A stretch of DNA of 29,367 nucleotides from a virus. Its lineage: Duplodnaviria > Caudoviricetes. Position 1 is the first letter of the stretch. Every line of letters begins with the position of its first letter. Both the position numbers and the translations under genes were made by a program. Below the pieces are notes generated by a model that worked only from the letters and a program-made list of their open reading frames with translations, had not been told where the DNA came from and did no database searches. The stretch lies in IMG/VR virus record IMGVR_UViG_3300010362_000078, positions 1 to 29,367 of that record; one strand, given 5' to 3'. This document shows positions 25,475 to 29,367 of the stretch, in pieces.

Positions 25475-25903
25475 GTGGAGCCGCTGGCTATCCTACAGCT
25501 CGCCCTGAAATACGGGCCGTTGGTCAAGGAAATCCTTGACGCGGCGGAGAGCAATTTCTCCATCGTGGAGAAACTGAAGGCGTTGTCTGCGCCGCTCGCG
25601 AATTTGCTGGAAGGCATCGGTAGCAAAATGTTCCCCGAGGCGCAGCCCGCGCTGCACGTAGCCGCCGGTGCCATGGCAGCATTCGACCCGAATGTCATCA
25701 AGTGGGTCCAGGGTTCGCTCAACGTGTTGCTCGATCCGTCGCCTAATCTCGCTGTCGATGGCATCCCTGGGCCGCGTACAAAGGCAGCAGTCAAACGCAT
25801 TCAGGAAAAGCTCGGCCTCTCGCTGATAGACGGTTGGGCCGGACAACTCACCCAGGCTGCGATCGCGACCGCGTTGGCGAAGCTCGCGCCAAAGACAACG
25901 TGA
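25475..25903 (+). CDS. Peptidoglycan-binding domain (PG_binding_1) protein, no evident catalytic domain
   Basis: KWVQGSLN...LAVDGIPGPRTKAAVKRIQEKLGL..DGWAG.LT; AGGAGG RBS. Confidence 0.85.
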   Translation: MEPLAILQLALKYGPLVKEILDAAESNFSIVEKLKALSAPLANLLEGIGSKMFPEAQPALHVAAGAMAAFDPNVIKWVQGSLNVLLDPSPNLAVDGIPGPRTKAAVKRIQEKLGLSLIDGWAGQLTQAAIATALAKLAPKTT

Positions 25904-26139
25904 GCGAGATCGTCAACAGCAACTTGGACGGCACGTTGTCGCTGGTCGACAAGACGTGGAACGACGCGATGGAGACGGCGGCGTTGCGTTGCGAGGAGGC
26001 GGCCAAGGATTTGTTTGCGGCGGACGGTGAAGACGATGATCCTAAGCTCTACAAGTCAAGCGGTTGGGTTTGGCCCGCCGGTAGATTCATCAGGCGCTTC
26101 GCGCAGGACTTCCGCGAAATGAAACGTGGGACGAAGTGA
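25900..26139 (+). CDS. Hypothetical protein
   Basis: GTGA overlaps at both ends. Confidence 0.55.
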   Translation: MSEIVNSNLDGTLSLVDKTWNDAMETAALRCEEAAKDLFAADGEDDDPKLYKSSGWVWPAGRFIRRFAQDFREMKRGTK

Positions 26140-26393
26140 TGGTCTGTTTTATACCGCCAGAGAAATATGACCATGAGCCCACCAAGCCGTACACGATAAA
26201 GTACGGCTGGTATCCTCGAGCCTATTCGCAGATCGGTGACTCCGGGGACCATGTGATCCACCTGCCGAACAGGTTTGTAAAGCCTATGTTCTATGCGAAC
26301 CAAACGTACGAGAGCTTGATTCGTCACGAGAAAGGCCACATCAACGGCTGGCCCGCGAACCATCCGGGCATGATCACCGACTGGAACCTCTGA
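26136..26393 (+). CDS. Small HExxH-motif protein (mini-zincin-like)
   Basis: LIRHEKGHINGWP..HP. Confidence 0.55.
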   Translation: MMVCFIPPEKYDHEPTKPYTIKYGWYPRAYSQIGDSGDHVIHLPNRFVKPMFYANQTYESLIRHEKGHINGWPANHPGMITDWNL

Positions 26394-26398
26394 CCCAA

Positions 26399-26512
26399 GT
26401 GAATCCGTTCACCTTCCACGGCTTCGTGCTTTGGCTTTTCTTCTGGATCGGCGCGCTGTACGCCTTGGCTTATCTGATGCACGGCTTGGCTTATCTGATA
26501 CGCGGATATTAG
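26399..26512 (+). CDS. 37-aa hydrophobic membrane peptide (not in ORF track)
   Basis: MNPFTFHGFVLWLFFWIGALYALAYLMHGLAYLIRGY fills the gap; contains a 15-nt direct repeat; no clear RBS. Confidence 0.4.
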   Translation: MNPFTFHGFVLWLFFWIGALYALAYLMHGLAYLIRGY

Positions 26513-26516
26513 GCGC

Positions 26517-27419
26517 GTGAGTTGGCTGATTGCAATTCCTGCTTGGGGCGATCGCTGCGTCGCCCATGCCGTGCGCTCAGCGCTGCCATCCGTGCAGGCG
26601 GCGTTGGCGCACGCGCAAGCAGAGGCGCGTTTCGTCATTCATACAGATCGAGCGCCGCAGTTTGCGGACTCGTCGGCGCGAGTAACGTTTTTAACGCTGC
26701 CCCGCGAGCGTTACTCGCGCTACTACGCGTTGTCGGACTGCCATCGGCAGGCGATCTTTATGGCGAAGCCAGGTGAATTCGTCGCACTGCTCAACGCTGA
26801 TCATGTCGTGTCGATTGAAGCTTTCGCCGCCGCCGAGAAACGACTACACGCGGGCAAGCGCATCGTGATGATGGCGGGCATGCGGACCTCCGCGCCGGAC
26901 GAGCCTGCGCCGCTCAACATGCGCTCGCGCGAGTTATTGAAATGGGCCTGGGAACATCGGCACAACAGCGCTGAAGACGCGATCTGGGGCACTGGCGCAT
27001 CCACATCACTGTCGTCGCTATTTTTTGTTGACGGCGAGGAAGTGGTCTCGCGCTGGTTTCATCTGCATCCGTTCGCTTTCGTCAAGGAACCTGGCTTGAC
27101 CTTCAATGGTCTAACCGTTGACGAAGACCTTGGCGAGCGTTGGCCACGCGATCTTGTGCATGTGGTCGAAGATCCAGATGAGGCGGCGCTGATCGAGCGT
27201 TCGCCTGAGTCATTTCGCTTCAAGAGCCATCAGCGGCCGGTGCAGATTCGCGACGTGGCGTTTTGGGCTTACGGTGAAAACGGCCATGGTGGACGGCGAA
27301 CGACGCATTTCCACCACTGGCTGTTTAAGCATCGCATCGTCTTGCGCGGCGATGGCCGCGACCTTGGCGACCGAGCTGTATGCGACGCGATCTTGAGCGT
27401 GATCCCGCACGCGTCATGA
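26517..27419 (+). CDS. Putative GT-A-like glycosyltransferase / polysaccharide-cluster protein
   Basis: IAIPAWG...LPS, FVIHTD, LLNADHVVS (xxD at the DxD position), FHLHP; cluster context. Confidence 0.5.
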   Translation: MSWLIAIPAWGDRCVAHAVRSALPSVQAALAHAQAEARFVIHTDRAPQFADSSARVTFLTLPRERYSRYYALSDCHRQAIFMAKPGEFVALLNADHVVSIEAFAAAEKRLHAGKRIVMMAGMRTSAPDEPAPLNMRSRELLKWAWEHRHNSAEDAIWGTGASTSLSSLFFVDGEEVVSRWFHLHPFAFVKEPGLTFNGLTVDEDLGERWPRDLVHVVEDPDEAALIERSPESFRFKSHQRPVQIRDVAFWAYGENGHGGRRTTHFHHWLFKHRIVLRGDGRDLGDRAVCDAILSVIPHAS

Positions 27420-28021
27420 ACATACAGCTCGGTGCCATGCACGCTGAAAGTTTTGCAACCGATCCGAAGCATTTGTTGTTCACGCTAGCGCGTTATCATT
27501 TCGTCGCTCGTGTGCTGTGTGGATATGGCCGCGTGCTTGAGATCGGCTGTGGCGACGGCACCGGCGCGCATCTCGTAGTGAAAAGTGTCGGCGAGCTGGT
27601 CGGTATCGACCGCGAACCGTCGCCAAATTATCCTGGCGTGTTCGTGCAAGTCGATCTGCTCGACGGTGAGTGCGGCTTGGGCGCATATATCTGCGGCGGC
27701 AATTTTGACGCAGCCTTCATGCTCGACGTGCTGGAACACATTCCGCCGAAAAAGGAGCGCGCGGTGCTGTCTGATGTATGTGTCAATCTCAAGCCGCACG
27801 GCGTGATGATCGTTGGCATGCCGTCATTGGAGAGCCAGCCGTACGCCAGCGAGCTGTCGCGTCGCCATCATGTCAACTGTAAGACTGAGAGCGGGTTGCG
27901 TGACACAATGCGAGCGCACTTCGACAATGTATTCTGCTTTGCCATGCAAGACGCGACGCTGCACGTTGGTTTCGGCGCGATGGCGCACTACCGGCTGGCG
28001 TTGTGCACGAACAAGCGATGA
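27416..28021 (+). CDS. Class I SAM-dependent methyltransferase
   Basis: VLEIGCGDGTG, VGID, FDAAFMLDVLEHI, LKPHG. Confidence 0.92.
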   Translation: MNIQLGAMHAESFATDPKHLLFTLARYHFVARVLCGYGRVLEIGCGDGTGAHLVVKSVGELVGIDREPSPNYPGVFVQVDLLDGECGLGAYICGGNFDAAFMLDVLEHIPPKKERAVLSDVCVNLKPHGVMIVGMPSLESQPYASELSRRHHVNCKTESGLRDTMRAHFDNVFCFAMQDATLHVGFGAMAHYRLALCTNKR

Positions 28022-28683
28022 ATTACGAAATTTGCTCCATCATCGATGGGCGCGCTTTCACAACGGCGCGCGCGGCTATTGAGACGGTATTCACATTCGA
28101 CGATACATACGCAGACGAGTCCACGCCTGCATTTCATAAGCGCGTTGTACGGGCGCAAGACATCATCAACTCGCGCGGCGTTCCATCATCGATCGCGTTT
28201 CAGTTGCATGATGATCTCGCGCGCTTGCTTGGTCCAGGTCAGTTGATGATCCAAGCAGGCATGTTCTTGCGTGCAACCCGCCCCAATGACGATGACGAAG
28301 CGATCGGTTGGCATCGTGAAAGCATGTATGGCGGTCCACCAGGAACGTGGAATGTATGGATGCCGCTCGTGCAGATAAATCAGGACAATGCGCTGCAATA
28401 CATCCCTGGCAGCGCAGAAATTCCTGATGATGAATTGATCGTCACAGCCGACAATCGCGGTGTTGTTGAACGCGGCTCTGACGGACAAAGCATCGGCTTT
28501 TTGTACGCACCCAAGCGCATCGTGCGCGGCGTCGATCTGAGCAAGGCTGAGCCGATGCTGGTGCCACTCGGCAGTGCCGCCATATTTCCTGGCGCGCTGA
28601 TCCATGGCGCAGGCGCCAATCGTACTGACAGAATTCGCTTCTCGCTCGATATGCGGGTGATCGCGCAGCGCAATTTGCACTGA
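28018..28683 (+). CDS. 2OG-Fe(II) dioxygenase (PhyH-like)
   Basis: WHRES (HxE), NVWMPL, LQYIPGS, LIHG, RIRFSLDMR. Confidence 0.88.
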   Translation: MNYEICSIIDGRAFTTARAAIETVFTFDDTYADESTPAFHKRVVRAQDIINSRGVPSSIAFQLHDDLARLLGPGQLMIQAGMFLRATRPNDDDEAIGWHRESMYGGPPGTWNVWMPLVQINQDNALQYIPGSAEIPDDELIVTADNRGVVERGSDGQSIGFLYAPKRIVRGVDLSKAEPMLVPLGSAAIFPGALIHGAGANRTDRIRFSLDMRVIAQRNLH

Positions 28684-29367
28684 TGGGGCTGGGCGACAAT
28701 TTGATGGCGACGGGAATGGCGCGCGGCGCACGCGAGCGCGGCACGACGATCGCATTCGGTGATGGCCAGCGGATCATTTGGGACCACAACAGCGAAATCG
28801 TCTTTCGCAACAATCCAAACATCGCACGACCAGGACACGATCTGTCGAACGCGACTTGGATCGCGTTTTACAAAGGCCATCGCATCTACAACGTGCAAGA
28901 CAGCGCACGCGACCGCTGGGTCTGGAATATGGAATTCCGTCCTGAGCCGGGTGAAATGTTTTTTGAGCCGGATGAATTATCGTTCGCCAAGCGTTTCTCA
29001 ACTAATCAAATTATTATCGAGCCGAACGTCGCGGAGAAAATGTCGGGGCCAAACAAGTTGTGGCCGCTCGACCGTTATCAACGCTTGAGCGAATGGTTGC
29101 GGCGTGATGGATATGAGGTCGCACAGTTTGAGTATCCAGGCATCCGTCGCTATTTGCGCAATGTACAGCTGCTGCCGGTGCGCAATTTTCGTCAAGCTTT
29201 ACTGGCCCTGCGCAAAGCGCGGTTGGTCATATGCAGCGAAGGTGGGTTACATCACGGCGCAGCAGCGATGGGAACGCGGGCTGTTGTGTTGTTTGGCAGT
29301 TTCATTCCGCCACAAGTGACAGGTTACGATTTTCACGAGAACGTTGCCGTTGGCCAAGTGTGCGGTC
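28683..29367 (+). CDS. GT9-family (heptosyltransferase-like, GT-B) glycosyltransferase; truncated by window end (not in ORF track)
   Basis: Manual translation MGLGDNLMAT...FRNNP...NKLWP...SEGGLHHGAAAMGTRAVVLFG. Confidence 0.88.
   Translation, partial: MGLGDNLMATGMARGARERGTTIAFGDGQRIIWDHNSEIVFRNNPNIARPGHDLSNATWIAFYKGHRIYNVQDSARDRWVWNMEFRPEPGEMFFEPDELSFAKRFSTNQIIIEPNVAEKMSGPNKLWPLDRYQRLSEWLRRDGYEVAQFEYPGIRRYLRNVQLLPVRNFRQALLALRKARLVICSEGGLHHGAAAMGTRAVVLFGSFIPPQVTGYDFHENVAVGQVCG

Noticed and set aside
28018-28683. Dioxygenase as a TET/JBP DNA base oxidase
   Set aside because: Motif layout (NVWMPL, IPGS, IHG, R.S.D.R) fits PhyH-like small-molecule enzymes, and no DNA methyltransferase is adjacent; a DNA-related role is not fully excluded.

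Overview
The whole window reads as part of a tailed dsDNA phage (or prophage) genome, probably infecting an alphaproteobacterium (GcrA homolog, GTA-like large terminase, NusG-type late regulator). No host housekeeping genes, tRNA, rRNA or CRISPR array are visible. Two arms diverge from a promoter region at about 15500-15620. The left arm (minus strand) carries an SSB-like gene and GcrA. It then has a nucleotide-metabolism cluster: a UGM/PPO-like flavoprotein, a divergent ThyX, a HAD phosphatase, an SDR, a VOC-like protein and an all-alpha Nmad/DUF6378-like protein. This cluster runs directly into a DEDDh exonuclease, DnaE and a PD-(D/E)XK nuclease, followed by small early genes, a ParB-like gene and an HNH gene. 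The right arm (plus strand) carries Prim-Pol, a helicase-like ATPase, an origin-like inverted repeat, a structured leader with terminator, a NusG paralog, TerS, TerL and portal. After the portal, where head genes would be expected, there is a glycan-tailoring cluster (TylF O-methyltransferase, GT8-like GT, putative GT-A, SAM methyltransferase, 2OG-Fe(II) dioxygenase, GT9) interleaved with membrane and peptidoglycan-binding genes. Best candidates for undescribed systems: (1) a pre-replicative pyrimidine-modification pathway built on a non-canonical ThyX and coupled to DnaE; (2) a late-expressed glycosylation/glycan-tailoring pathway. All family calls come from motif recognition by eye, not database searches.
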